From contig MU053513.1 in the NCBI GenBank assembly GCA_013239625.1, positions 1,042,927-1,106,926 on the forward strand: a DNA stretch of 64,000 bases, read 5' to 3'. Shown piece after piece: positions 11,415 through 24,265 of the stretch (within the stretch, counting starts at the first letter, position 1; each line of letters starts with the position of its first letter). Origin of the DNA: Lama guanicoe. Taxonomy: Eukaryota. A model generated the notes under the pieces. It was not told the origin of the DNA and did not search any database. It saw only the letters and a program-made list of their open reading frames with translations. A program made the translations under genes and the position numbers.

Positions 11415-11860
11415 AAATTAAAATACAAAAGAGGAAGGGGGCTGTAGTTTATAAGTCTTAACACATAGATAGAAGCGAGATGTGTAAAGCTTGTTTTGAT
11501 ACTGATTTGAACAAAACCATAAAGCAGAAATTGGGGACACTAGGAGAAATGGCAACACAGACTGGATATTAGATGATATGAACGATTTCAATTTTGTTAG
11601 GTCCATGAAAATGGCATCGTTTTTTTTCTTAAGTCCTTAGTTGTTAGAGAGAAGGTACTGACGTATTTATGGGTAAAATGATATGAGATATAATACCCGG
11701 GATTTACTTAAAATATTCCAGGGGAGAAAAAGTAGAGAGAGACCCAATGAGATGAACAAAGTGCTCCTATTTGTTGAAGCTGGGTGATGGTTCATTTATA
11801 CTTTTCTTTCTCATTTTTATGCTTTTAAAATTTCTATAAAATTTTTAAAAACCAATGAAA
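11415..11860 (+). mobile_element. Old L1 3' UTR (L1MC/MD/ME-like)
   Basis: 'actggatattagatgatatg', 'ttgttgaagctgggtgatgg', A-rich end. Confidence 0.7.
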
Positions 11861-12639
11861 TGAAAGAAGTGCTATGCACAAACTTGTTTACTTTTTAAAA
11901 ACACTTTCCATGCAAAATCAAAATTATAATAATTTGAAGGGGTGGTTAATTCAGTCATGGTGAGGAAGCATAATGGCAACTGGCCAAAAACTAACTTTGT
12001 TCTCTCGTGTAAACTCATCAAGTCACTGGCAACACAACTTGGCATCCCTGTCAACTTTCAGTATCCTGGGGGTCAAAAAAGAAGCAATGTATGTCCCATA
12101 TTAAAAAGTAAATAGTGTCCTGAATACATAAAAAGGCAAGTTGGAAATTTTCTGAAAATACCGTCAAGAGCGAATACTTACAGTTTGAAAAATTATAGTG
12201 CTTTATATCGATTGTTGAAATTGCATGAAAGGGTGTAAAATCACCCCACTCATTCTTGAAGAGCAAGCTGTCTTGAAATCTGCCATGAAATAGAGGCCCT
12301 GTTGAATTGAGGAATTAATCTCTCAAATGACTGAGGTAATTGCGGTAGTAACATTGAGACAGCAAGACTCCTCCTTATGATGTCATGTTGAGCCATTTTA
12401 TATTATCATTCATATTTTGTAGCTATAGTTTAGAAATGCTCAGAAATGCACCAGCCACAGGGGTCACATTCATTGTGCAATAAGCATAATTATTTAAAAA
12501 TAAACTAGTAACCTGAGAGATAGAATAAAGGGAAGATATTTCTTATGGAGTGCTGACTTTTTAATATTAACTAATCAAGGGTAATATTCATTCTTTTATT
12601 TAACCTATAAATAATTTATTTACATTACAATCTATCAAG

Positions 12640-12775
12640 CAGAAATTATCCTATAGATAAATTGAGAACCAGAATGTTTCAGGCAATTGTCCCTAGGTTG
12701 CACAGTGAATAAGAGAAGGGCTCTGATTAAAGCCCAGATGTATGTGACTGCGAATCTGCTTGCTTAGCCACCGGG
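12640..12775 (-). mobile_element. MIR SINE
   Basis: 'atagataaattgagaacc..ttgtccctaggttgcacag..aagcccagatgtatgtgact'. Confidence 0.6.
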
Positions 12776-12904
12776 GCACATTATGCTACTACACTTACGG
12801 AATATCCACTGAGCACTGGAAGAGTTGTACATGTTTTGACAAAGCTGTAGCTTGAGGTTTTAAAAACAAATTTGATTTAGGAATGCTAGCTGTTTGTGTA
12901 GGCA

Positions 12905-13267
12905 CAATCCTCAGTACTTTGGGGTATGACAACAAAAATACCATTGATGGGTGATTTAAACAACGAACACTTACTTCTCACAGTTCTGGAGGCTGGGACA
13001 TCCACGACCAAGGTGCCAGCAGACTCAGTGTCCGGCGAGAACCTGCTTTCTGATTTGCAGACATTACCTTCTCACTGGGTCCTCATGTGGCAGAGGGGCT
13101 ACAGAGAGCGCTCTCTGGGGTCTCTTTTATAAAAGCCTTCATCCTATTCGTGAGAACTCCACACTCACAGCTGAGTCATCTCCCAAAGGCCCGTCTCCTA
13201 ACATCATCGTATGGGGCACTGGGATTTCAACATGAAATCTGGAAAAACAAATATTCAGCCCACAACA
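12905..13267 (-). mobile_element. MLT1 MaLR LTR
   Basis: 'ttctcacagttctggaggctggga..caaggtgccagcaga'; ends 'attcagcccacaaca'. Confidence 0.9.
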
Positions 13268-13585
13268 TAGAGTCAGACCTCATAATGATTCAGGGTTTAG
13301 CCCTTCATTGGAAGGTTCATAAAACTGTTTTGTCCCAGCCACCAGAGTTAGTTCGACCCAGGAATCTGGCTCACTGCTTCATGACCACAGACTCAATACC
13401 AGTTGGTCCTAGGTTAGCAAATAACTAAAAGATTTCAGACACATAAAATTCCCCACCACCAGTTTACACGAATTTAAATAATAGGAGCAGGGAATCAGAA
13501 CACAGCCAAATAGCAGTCAATTCATCACATGTAAGGCCCCATTTCCTCACCCCCCACCCCCACCCCCACCACCACACAGGCTATG

Positions 13586-15057
13586 CTCATTGCAAAAGAT
13601 AAGGTCCAAGTGGCTGAGGGCCACTTCAGTATCGAAAAAAACACCCTCTCTGGTCTCCATCTAGCATTTGTTCTATACTTGTCCCCAGATCCCTTTAAGT
13701 GTATTAAAGACAGAATATCTAACTCTTTAGAAGAAAGATATTGCCACAGTCTCTGGATGAGTTCTAAGCTTGTGTTTATACTGAGCTTCATCTTTCCAGA
13801 ACGAACAAAACACTCTCCAACCTCTGCTTCAATTTTATAATAAATTGTGTACATTTTTCTAAAATTTTGTATATCACATGACTGAAGATGTGCATGTATG
13901 AATGTGTATTATATNNNNNNNNNNNNNNNNNNNNNNNNNNNNNNNNNNNNNNNNNNNNNNNNNNNNNNNNNNNNNNNNNNNNNNNNNNNNNNNNNNNNNN
14001 NNNNNNNNNNNNNNNNNNNNNNNNNNNNNNNNNNNNNNNNNNNNNNNNNNNNNNNNNNNNNNNNNNNNNNNNNNNNNNNNNNNNNNNNNNNNNNNNNNNN
14101 NNNNNNNNNNNNNNNNNNNNNNNNNNNNNNNNNNNNNNNNNNNNNNNNNNNNNNNNNNNNNNNNNNNNNNNNNNNNNNNNNNNNNNNNNNNNNNNNNNNN
14201 NNNNNNNNNNNNNNNNNNNNNNNNNNNNNNNNNNNNNNNNNNNNNNNNNNNNNNNNNNNNNNNNNNNNNNNNNNNNNNNNNNNNNNNNNNNNNNNNNNNN
14301 NNNNNNNNNNNNNNNNNNNNNNNNNNNNNNNNNNNNNNNNNNNNNNNNNNNNNNNNNNNNNNNNNNNNNNNNNNNNNNNNNNNNNNNNNNNNNNNNNNNN
14401 NNNNNNNNNNNNNNNNNNNNNNNNNNNNNNNNNNNNNNNNNNNNNNNNNNNNNNNNNNNNNNNNNNNNNNNNNNNNNNNNNNNNNNNNNNNNNNNNNNNN
14501 NNNNNNNNNNNNNNNNNNNNNNNNNNNNNNNNNNNNNNNNNNNNNNNNNNNNNNNNNNNNNNNNNNNNNNNNNNNNNNNNNNNNNNNNNNNNNNNNNNNN
14601 NNNNNNNNNNNNNNNNNNNNNNNNNNNNNNNNNNNNNNNNNNNNNNNNNNNNNNNNNNNNNNNNNNNNNNNNNNNNNNNNNNNNNNNNNNNNNNNNNNNN
14701 NNNNNNNNNNNNNNNNNNNNNNNNNNNNCTCATTGCAAAAGATAAGGTCCAAGTGGCCCAGGGCCACTTCAGTATGGAAAAAAACACCCTCTCTGGTCTC
14801 CATCTAGCATTTGTTCTATACTTGTCCCCAGATCCCTTTAAGTGTATTAAAGACAGAATATCTAACTCTTTAGAAGAAAGATATTGCCACAGTCTCTGGA
14901 TGAGTTCTAAGCTTGTGTTTATACTGAGCTTCATCTTTCCAGAACGAACAAAACACTCTCCAACCTCTGCTTCAATTTTATAATAAATTGTGTACATTTT
15001 TCTAAAATTTTGTATATCACATGACTGAAGATGTGCATGTATGAATGTGTATTATAT
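13586..15057 (+). repeat. 329-bp near-identical direct duplication flanking an 814-N gap (13586-13914 and 14729-15057)
   Basis: Copies are identical except ~3 substitutions near the start (tggctgag/tggcccag, atcgaa/atggaa). Confidence 0.95.
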
Positions 15058-15128
15058 GTATGTGTGTGTATGTATATATCTGTGTGTGTATGTGTGTGTG
15101 TGTGTGTGTGTGTGTATACATATATATG
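15055..15128. repeat. (TG)n/(TA)n microsatellite
   Basis: Visible dinucleotide run. Confidence 0.95.
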
Positions 15129-15147
15129 AAAACCTGTGCCTTTCTGC

Positions 15148-15357
15148 AATGTAAACTATGGACCTTGGCTGATAATAATGTGTCAGTGTAGGTTCATTGA
15201 TTTTAACAAAAGTATCACTCTGGTGTGAGATGTCCATAGTGGGGAAGGTTGTGGGTGTGTGGAAGTAGGAAATACACGAATTCTCTGTACTTTCCATTCA
15301 ATTTTGTTGTAAACTTAAAACTATTCTAAAAAAAAAAAAGCTTATTAATTTAAAAAA
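15148..15357 (+). mobile_element. L1MC-like 3' end with A-tail
   Basis: 'atgtaaactatggaccttggctgataataatgtgtcagtgtaggttcattgattttaacaaa..ctctgtactttcc..aaacttaaaactattctaaaa'. Confidence 0.85.
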
Positions 15358-17708
15358 ATCTGTCAATGGATTTTAATCTTTAAAACATAAATAATTAATT
15401 GTTAACTTTATTATTCTTCCCTATATTTAATGAACTATTTGTGTATAGATCTGGTCATAACAATAAATTAAAATGGAGTTTAAGGCACTTTACCAAATAT
15501 TTCTCATTTTTATCAGAAGAAAATATTAATTCCTAAGCTTATGCTGGTGAATTTTTGTTTCAGAGATAAATACAAATTTTTGTTCTTTCCAGCATAAAGA
15601 AACCACTAAAGGAGATGTTTTGACAGTTTTCAGCTTTCCTGTTGTCTCCATAGATTCTATCCAGATGAACTTGTGTAATTCAGAGCAAACCAATTATTTC
15701 AGTCTTTTCGTACGCTTCTATTTTAGAATCACATCAGTGAACTGAACTGATTAATGGGTAAGTTCAAAAAGAGATCAAAGTCTTTAATAGATTTCCCAAT
15801 CAAGAAAACTTCCAGTAGGGTAGACCAAAGAGCTAGATTGAATGCAATTCTATTGAAATTAGTCAAATGCAACTGCAGTCAGTTTAAATAATAACACATC
15901 TATTAAACTATAATGCACAGAACAGTTTTATTTTAGCCTCTGTGAAAATAACAAAATTTTATTTAAACCACTTTGTGCTTTTAAGAAATACAAACAATAT
16001 TGAAACTTTTAAAACATAGAAATTTGAAATGGGTAGACCTAAGAGTTGCCCCTCTCCAGTTCCAAAATGTATTATTTTTATAACTGTTGGTTGATTTATT
16101 TTTCTTAACTAATGAATTGGAGGGCTCTTTGCCATAATTCTTCACCCACAATGGGAATTACTAACCTGTGGGGAACAGGGGTGAGCTGGTGGCAGGGAAG
16201 GGAATAGAAGTAAAGTACGTGATTAATTTCTTCTCAAGCCCGTCTCCCTCCCCATTTCCATGATAGAAGGTGGTGAGAATTGTGACTTTGCGTCTAAGCA
16301 GAACTAAATTTCAAATATGTCACATCTCTTGTGATTTTCCCGGCAATATTGGAGATTATGAAGGATGTGAGTAAGTGCCAAGATTCCTGGTTTTGTGTTC
16401 AAGTTCCAAAATCTTTGAATATCAGTAAGCCCCCAAAAAAAACAAATCCTGGAATGTCTGATATATAGATTTTTGAGTTATCTCTTAGATAAAAAAAAAC
16501 ACATGTTATATTTTTTCTGGGTCAAATAACCACTTGATTTCCATGATCTCTGTCCCCACAGAAAACCAGCATCAGAATCAGTATTGTCTCTGAGATGAAC
16601 AATTTTATAAAATTTTTATTAAGTATTTAATTCCACAGGTAAGCTACTTTATTTTTCACATACCTTTTAAGATATTGATATGTACATCATACAATTGAGT
16701 GATTATTATTCTCTACCCATTTAAGGTGCCATTCTTGGGAGTGAGCATATGGACTTCGTAAATTGTTTTCCTTATCAACACTGCCAGTTCCAGCGTGTTT
16801 TCCAATATTGCAGTAATTTAACAGCTGAGCTGGCAGCAAGACATGGGCCGGAGCTGTAAGGAAAGTGAGAGCCATGGTCTTTCTAGTGGAAGCTAAAATG
16901 CTGTTTTTGCATCTCACAATGGTTTTGCAGCTGCCATTCATCTAATCCCAGCAGGATGCCTGTGATCAATTCAGCTATTGTCTATTTTTAGACATAATCT
17001 GGAACCTTTTAACAAAATAAACAGGACTTTCCAATAAGGAGTCAACAATTTAATCTCATGCTAATGGCTCGTCCTACACCTATGTGTGTTCATTGGAATT
17101 AGGCAAAATTATTCTGTAGCTTACATAACAATCATTGTCTTAATGAGGCTGAAATAAGTATAGAGTAATCGTGGAGAATGCAAACCAAACAGGGATCTTA
17201 GATTGTCAAGATATTCCTTCTCCCCCGTATCCAGTGTAACCTTGTTTGACTGATTTATTTCTTTAAATTGATTTATACAACATAAAATCCACACAACAGG
17301 TATTTTCCAACATTGGTATGTTGTTCACAACATATTGCTAAAGAGATCATGAAAACAAAATTAAGTGGAAAGACATTGGATGTGGCCAACTTTTGATACA
17401 TTAAATTGCTTCCAAATGGAAAACGATTCAGAATATCTTAAAATGCAGTAATTCCAATTAAACAGTCTACAGAGCTGTGCCAACTCCAGTAAAAAAAGAA
17501 TAACTTCCACCTGCAAATGTACGCATTTATTCTGTCTCAAAATATTGTTGGCTAGACATTAGACATACTCTCAGAAGGGTATATTAGTTATCAGATCATG
17601 TAGAGCTTATAAACAGGCTACATCTTTGGACTTCACATTTTACGTTTATAATCTGTTGCTGCATAACCAATTATCTCAAAACCAACTGCTTAAAACAGAA
17701 AACATTAA

Positions 17709-18503
17709 CAGTTGTTTCTCATTATTTACAGTAGTTATGTTTTATAAAGTCACTGCAAACACATGCATAGTGAACACTGAACCACTGCTTCCGGGGGAAA
17801 ATACAGGCTTAGGCACCTGTGAGCCTCTGGTCACAAACTTTTCATCAACCAATCAATATGTAACTTTGTTTCATGTGTGTCACTGCTTAAAAACACCTTG
17901 TCTATTTTTTGTATTGAAGTATAGTTAGTTATAATGTGTCAGTTTCTGGTGTACAGCACAATGTTCCAGTCATGCATATACGTAAATATATTCACTTTCA
18001 TATTCTTTTTCATTAAGGGTTATTACAAGATATTGAATATGGTTCCCTGTGCTGTATTAATTCATTAGCATTGAACTCGTGGCCAACAGCACTGTAATAC
18101 ATGCCTGAAAGAAGCATATCTAACACATATATTTCCTCCATAAAGCACATCACAGCCTTCTTGTGCTTAGGAACACTAGACAGCACTTCAGCACTTCACT
18201 TGGGGCCATTTAAACAGTGAAATCCTCATCAAAGGGCACCAAAATCCAAAAAATGCAGTACCAAAGAGACCATGAAAAGGACACTTGTTTACAGTATGAG
18301 AGCTGATACAAGTGGCAAAGCATCGTCTTGTTTGGTCTCAACTGGGAACAGGCACCTTGGGCCACTCAAAGATTTTGCCGCTCTACACATGTCCGTGAAT
18401 GACTGTAAAAGGGCCATGAGAACTGGTTTTGTGGTTATGAATAATATTTTAGCAAGTAGGCGAGTATGCAAGTACAGAATCTGTGAATAATGAGGGTAGA
18501 TTG
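17709..18503 (+). mobile_element. TcMar-Tigger non-autonomous DNA transposon
   Basis: Terminal inverted repeats cagttgtttctcattatttacag / ctgtgaataatgagggtagattg followed by TA; Tigger-type internal sequence. Confidence 0.85.
17903..18056 (-). mobile_element. Young L1 3' UTR fragment nested in the Tigger
   Basis: polyT then 'attgaagtatagttagtt..tttctggtgtacagc..ttattacaagatattgaatatggttccctgtgct'; reverse complement matches 63028-63165. Confidence 0.9.
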
Positions 18504-18599
18504 TATTTCTGCAGTCTCTGAGGGACAGAAATCTGGGAGCAGCTCAGTTAACTTTTATTCCTCAGAACTGAGTTTATATGACGCATTCTCTTAGAAGCC

Positions 18600-18830
18600 T
18601 GTCCTAAATAAGCCTGGGATAAGTCCCCTCTTTATGCCTCTTATGTCTGCTTTTATCATCACTTATTAGACTAACCATAATGTGGTAGTAGCTCGTCTCC
18701 CTCAATACTCAATTGTAAGCTCCTTCAGGCAAGAACTGTGTCTTACTCATCACTGTGTTTCCAGCATCTTCTACAAGAGTTGGCTTAATGGGACTCTCAA
18801 TAATTCTTGAACAGCTCAATAAATTAAAAT
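18600..18830 (+). mobile_element. L2 3' end
   Basis: 'ttgtaagctccttcaggcaagaactgtgtcttactcatcactgtgtttccagca..ctcaataa'. Confidence 0.75.
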
Positions 18831-19179
18831 CTAGTATTATGTAATAGTGCAGGTAATGTCAACATGGAAATACCAAAGTACCTCTCAATTAAAAAGAGAT
18901 ATTGTATATTTAATTTTTAGTTATCATTGAAATTAACACACTATGCTCCTTTAAATGCTTGCTCTGAAGATGAATTTGCAGCAAGCAATTTAAAAATACT
19001 GTACATGTATTAATAGACTGAGATAGCTGGAAAAGAAAAAAAGCTGGTAAAATAGAAAATGAAGCATTATTAATTTTAAATCAATCAAATTTTGAACTGC
19101 TGAAAAATTTGTCCAAGCAACTGTCAGGGACTGTGAGAGTTTTTATCCTCCTTGCAAGCTAACAAGTTAGTTTAAAAAT

Positions 19180-20750
19180 AAATAAAACACATTAAAAATA
19201 GAAGTAAGTAAAACTGTCCTAATTTTGAAAATGTCATGATTATGTATGTATAAAACTCTATATAGCCTACCAAAAGTGATTAAGATTAATAAGTGAATTG
19301 GTTAGGGTCACAGGGTTCAAAGTAAATATATAAAAATAATTTGTCTTCCTATCTACTAGAATAAACAATGCCATTAAAAGTGGCATTTAAAGTATTAGGA
19401 TTAACTCTACACTCTGTTTTCCCAATGAAAGATACGCATATCCTGTACACTGAAAAGTAGAAAACATTGTCTTAAGAAATTAATGAAGACCTAAAAGAAT
19501 AGATTTGCCAAATTTTGTATTGGAAGGTTCAATACTTTTAAGATGTTCATTCTCTCTAAATTGCCCTTTGGATTCAATACAAACCCTAAAAAATTCTCAA
19601 CAGGGTTTCTAGTAGACATTGGTGAGAAAATTCTGAAAGTCATATGAAAATGTAAGGAACCTAGAAAATCATCTTGAAAAAAAATGCAAGGTTGAAGAAA
19701 TGACAAGAACTGATTTCAAAACTTGCAATAACGGAGACAGAGAGATTCATGAACAGAACAGAATCCAGAACGACTCACATATCTAGCCATTCGCTTAAAA
19801 AGTGAAAAGATAAACCACCAGCAGGGAGAAATATTCATAAGGTATGAATATGTCAAAAGTACTGATGGTCAGATTATTTAAAAACTCCTACAATAAACAG
19901 TAAAGTTATGAATAATCTAATTTTTAAATGGATAAATTATCATAACAATTTCCAAAATAAGATATTCAAATGGACAGTAAGCACATGAAAAGACAATCAA
20001 AATCATTTGTGATAAGGGAAATACAAATTAAAGTGAAAAGCACAAAGAGATATCTTTTCATATATACTACAATGGCAAATAAACAAACTATACTCCATGT
20101 ACGGCAGAATTTGGAGCAATTGAAACTCACAGTCTTTACTATTGAGAATACAAGTTGGAAACCACTTTGGAGAATTGTTTGCCAATTTCTTATTAAAATT
20201 AATATCTACTTTACAACCCATCAATTCCATTCTTTGGCATTTACATGAAAGAAATGAAAATATATATCTGCAAAAAGGCTTGCATAAGAATATTCATAGC
20301 AGTGTTATTCATAACACTCAAAACTAGGTAACAACCCAAAAGTCTATCTACAGGAGAGTGGATAAATGAGACAGTTTCATACAATGGAATACTATTCAGC
20401 AATGTAAAAGAATGTACTACCAATACACACAATATTCTAAAAAATATTTTGTTAAAGTGTAAACCTCAGACACAGATGAATATGTTTGGGCTGAGTCCAT
20501 TTATATATAATCTGAGGATTCACAAAACTAACCTAAAGTTATAGAAGTCAGAAAATCATGATCTAGAGAAGGGAAGTTGAAATCAACTGGAAAGGGACAT
20601 GAGGGAACTCCCTGAGGTGATAAAAATGCCCCAGATATTGTTTTGTGCTGTGAATGCACCTGTGCATAAAATAGCCAAAACATGTCAAATTGAACATTTA
20701 AGATTTGTGCATGTTACTATATGCCAATTATGTATCAATTTAAAAAACAC
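19180..20750 (+). mobile_element. Old L1M: degenerate ORF2 3' half plus 3' UTR
   Basis: ORF 19970-20248 contains VIREIQIK and KPLWRIVCQFLIK (L1 ORF2 C-terminal motifs); 3' UTR 'atacaatggaatactattcagcaat'. Confidence 0.9.
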
Positions 20751-20789
20751 TGAATTTACTTTATCTTTGAACCTGGTTTTACTCTATTT

Positions 20790-21000
20790 ATAGTTTTTCT
20801 TCCTTAGTTAATGACCCAACATTCGCTTCAGCCAAAAACCTAGGAATTTTCTTTGAATCTACCTTCCACAACCCTATACCTAGCATGAAATCTCCCTGAA
20901 TAATCTTATAAATTGTCGTCACCATCATTTGGACTAGTAGCCTCCTAGCTGCCCCCATGCTTTCACTTTTGCCTTGCAGTCTGCTCACCACAATTTATAT
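20790..21000 (+). mobile_element. L2 fragment
   Basis: 'cagccaaaaacctaggaattttctttgaatc', 'accatcatttggactagtagcctcctagctg'. Confidence 0.6.
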
Positions 21001-21209
21001 GATATTTTATAAATACAAGTATATATATACGGAAGCTTTTAAGATTTTCACATCAACCTTATGAAAAGTAAAAAATATTTAATATTGCTAATATTTTCTA
21101 CAAAGTCATGTATACCTAGAGATTAAACTTGTGTCATAATACTTACTTCTTTGAAGATCAAGTAATAGCCTGACCTCACAAATATATAACAAAAACGTCA
21201 GCTTAACAC

Positions 21210-21400
21210 TGACAATTTACTGTCAAAGATGTGTCAGGAGCTCTCCTAGGAGGCATGTACATAATCTCTAATTTCATCAACCTCCAATGAAGAAATGGAA
21301 GTTGAGACAGGTTAGTAACTTCCAGAAGGTTAAGTTCACATGTGGTGAAGCTGGAATTTAAACACAGGTCTGTCTGGTTCCAAAGACTGTCTGCTGAATT
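21210..21400 (-). mobile_element. MIR SINE
   Basis: 'atgaagaaatggaagttgagacaggttagtaactt..gctggaatttaaacacaggtctgtctg'. Confidence 0.7.
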
Positions 21401-22949
21401 TCAATGATGTTACTGGGACTTGTGTTCATGGATCTTTGGCTGCATTTAGCTGTGATTTATATGGCTGAGAATGATAATTACAGGATAATTACAGTACTAT
21501 CAGGGTCAATACCAACCAGTTTTCTTATGATTCTTAGTGATCAGTTCCCAGGAAATAACATGGGCACAGGAACTTCCCAATAACAGGGTCTCCAAGTGTG
21601 TCAATTTATATGTTCTCTTTTGGAAATCAGCATAATAGTAGAAGTAATAATGTAGGGAGGTTGCCAAAGGACAGCAGTTCCACATAATTTATTAGAAGAC
21701 CACAAAGGATTTTCTTTTCTAAAGTCAAGGAAGAGAGTATAGAAATAGTCCTAATGACCAATTTCTAAGAGAACAATGGGAAAATATTTTTAAAACCCTA
21801 AATGAGAATGTAGCATTTTGAGGTCATTGACAGATAAGCATCTGTAGTCCTTCTCTTTAATTCCATAAACTCTACAATAGCATTTAATCCCCACTTCAAG
21901 GAAAAAAAACAAACAAAGAGAAAAGAGACCACAATAACAACAGTAATATCCGATACCCATACTAGCAACGTGAGGACATTTGGCAAAATGTGCTTAAAGA
22001 AATGCAGTCAGCACCGTGCTCTAATAGTACAGAGAATGGTTTCATTTTTCAGAACGTTCTGAAAGTAAGAAGCAATTTTCTAATAATAGCCAAATACATC
22101 TCCATTATTCAGGGCTTGGAAGGGGGCTTACTTATTTTTCTCATTTATGTTTAATATAAATCTTTGTGAAACGTGAAGTACGGGAAGGAAGAAGGTTAGT
22201 GAGATGAGGCTTGAGTTGAGTTGTTGCGTTTCATGTTGTGGCCAAGAGAACGTAGTCAGTCAGGAGACACCGAGGTGTAGAGGGTACCACCAGCAACATG
22301 ATGATTCAGTGGATCCACGTGCAAACCCTGGAGAGAAATTCAATGTAATACATGTGAAAATAAATCCATTGATACAATCTCACTTTGGCAGACACATAGC
22401 CTATAATATCACCTACAATAACTACGCATCTCTACCAGTCCTGATGAGCAAATATTTTAAAGGGTAGATCACAGCAAATCAACAAATGTCTATTGGCACT
22501 AAGTTCCTGCCTAACTTCTTCCTTGCTATAATACCTTCAGCTGTGCTATTAGAGTCTTACGCTGGTTATCACCAAAAAGTATTCTTCAAAGGGTTTTGTG
22601 ACAAAAATGAGGAAATATCAACATATATTTTTTTTCAAAAGAAACTGTAATGTTAAACAAATATTATGTTTTTGTTCAAATGTGAGGTTCTATTTCAAGC
22701 TGAAGAAATAATTGGTCAGAATTCACCAATCGCATTCCACTGTGAAAGTGTATTTCATTAATAGGATGTAAATATGTCTAATTTTGCACTAAAGATGGTT
22801 TCACGAAGCTAGGGACTATTTCTCTGTAAGGTGTAAGTGTACTAGTATAAGCAAATACCATTCAAATTGAATAAACCATTCTCCCATTTATAACAAAATG
22901 TGTATACACACAGAGTCAAATGTTTTCAACAAGGTTGAACTATACGGTC

Positions 22950-23360
22950 TGTTATGGGCTGAATGTTTTTAGCCCCCTAAAATCATATGTTGAGGTCCTA
23001 ACTCCCAATGTGACTGTATTTGGAGATGGGGCCTCTAAGGAAAAAATGAAGGTTAATGAAGACATAAGGGTGAGGCCTTGATCCCATAGGATTAGTGTCC
23101 TTATAAGAAGAGACACCAGAGTTCACACTCTCTCTCTCTGCCCCCCCCATTCCTTGCACACCAAGGAAAGGCCTTCTGAGGACATAGTAAGAAGAGAGTT
23201 GCCTATACAAGCCAGGAGGAGAGCCTCACCAGAAACTGAATTTACCAGCACCTTGATCTGGGACTTCGCAGCATCCCAAATGGGGAGAAAATAAACTCCA
23301 GTTGTTTACACCAACCAGTCCGTGGGGTTTCATTAACAGCAGCCCCAACTGACTAAGACA
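22950..23360 (+). mobile_element. Complete MLT1 (MLT1B-like) solo LTR
   Basis: TGTTATGG...TAAGACA with perfect 5-bp TSD CGGTC (22945-22949 / 23361-23365). Confidence 0.95.
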
Positions 23361-24227
23361 CGGTCCTCAATTTCAAGGTGCCACAGTGTTATGTATGCAA
23401 GAGAAGGTGCTTTCCTAGGAAAGTCGTAAGAAATTCCTTAGTGATGTAGGTCTTTTAAAAGTATTTATTTATTGTTTGTATTTAGTCAAGGTAATTATGA
23501 ATATAAGCACTTCTTAAAAAGATTTTCAAACAATTGCAATTGAGCATGAAAAATATCACCTCAATTAGACGCCTGCATATGTAGTCTTACCTTCCTTAAT
23601 GTAATAACTGAAATGCATCGTTTCACTATGTCAACATGTTTTCCACTGGTAAATATTTTCTCTTCATTGTGCATAACTCCTTGGTGCTAATGAGGGCTTA
23701 AGGGACTGGCATGATCAGCTGAAAAATATCTAAGCTATAGGTAAAAACCAATTTATTTTTTGTAAGAAGGGACTGCTTTCTGGAAATACCAAGGAAAAAT
23801 ACTGATAATTGATCATCGCTTATACACAAATCTGAAAATTACCCTGTGATGATGAAATAGTTTCCCACAAGCATCTCAGAGAACTACACAAAATATATGT
23901 AATTTAGATAACAAGAATTTTTTTTTAATTTAAAGCACCTCTTGGACACTTACAGTAGAGATATGTTGATGTGAATTGAACTAAGTTGATTTGAATTAAA
24001 TTGAATATCTTATTTCTTCCTGTAAAAAATAAGGTACAGCGAGAACAAGATAGTCACCAAATGTGGTAATTATGTAGTTTTCTTTTTCATGTAATAAATG
24101 CCCCCTATAAACCAAATATTTAGTTTTTATCCTAAAAACTAAAGCATAATCACCTTAAGAAGTACAGGGGAAAAAATGATAAGAATGGAGCTCTATTACA
24201 AGTAATAGAATTTGCCATCATTTTCTT

Positions 24228-24229
<2 letters not shown>

Positions 24230-24261
<32 letters not shown>
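24230..24261. repeat. poly(T) tract
   Basis: ~32 consecutive T. Confidence 0.95.

Positions 24262-24265
<4 letters not shown>

Larger units (their letters stand above)
17645..18555 (-). mobile_element. Old MLT1 fragment split by a Tigger insertion
   Basis: 'tctgttgctgcataaccaattatctcaaa..cttaaaacagaaaacatt' resumes after 18505 with 'tttctgcagtctctgagggacagaaatctgggagcagctcag'. Confidence 0.6.

Noticed and set aside
13874..14997. Long ORFs of 285-362 aa
   Set aside because: Made almost entirely of N-run X residues
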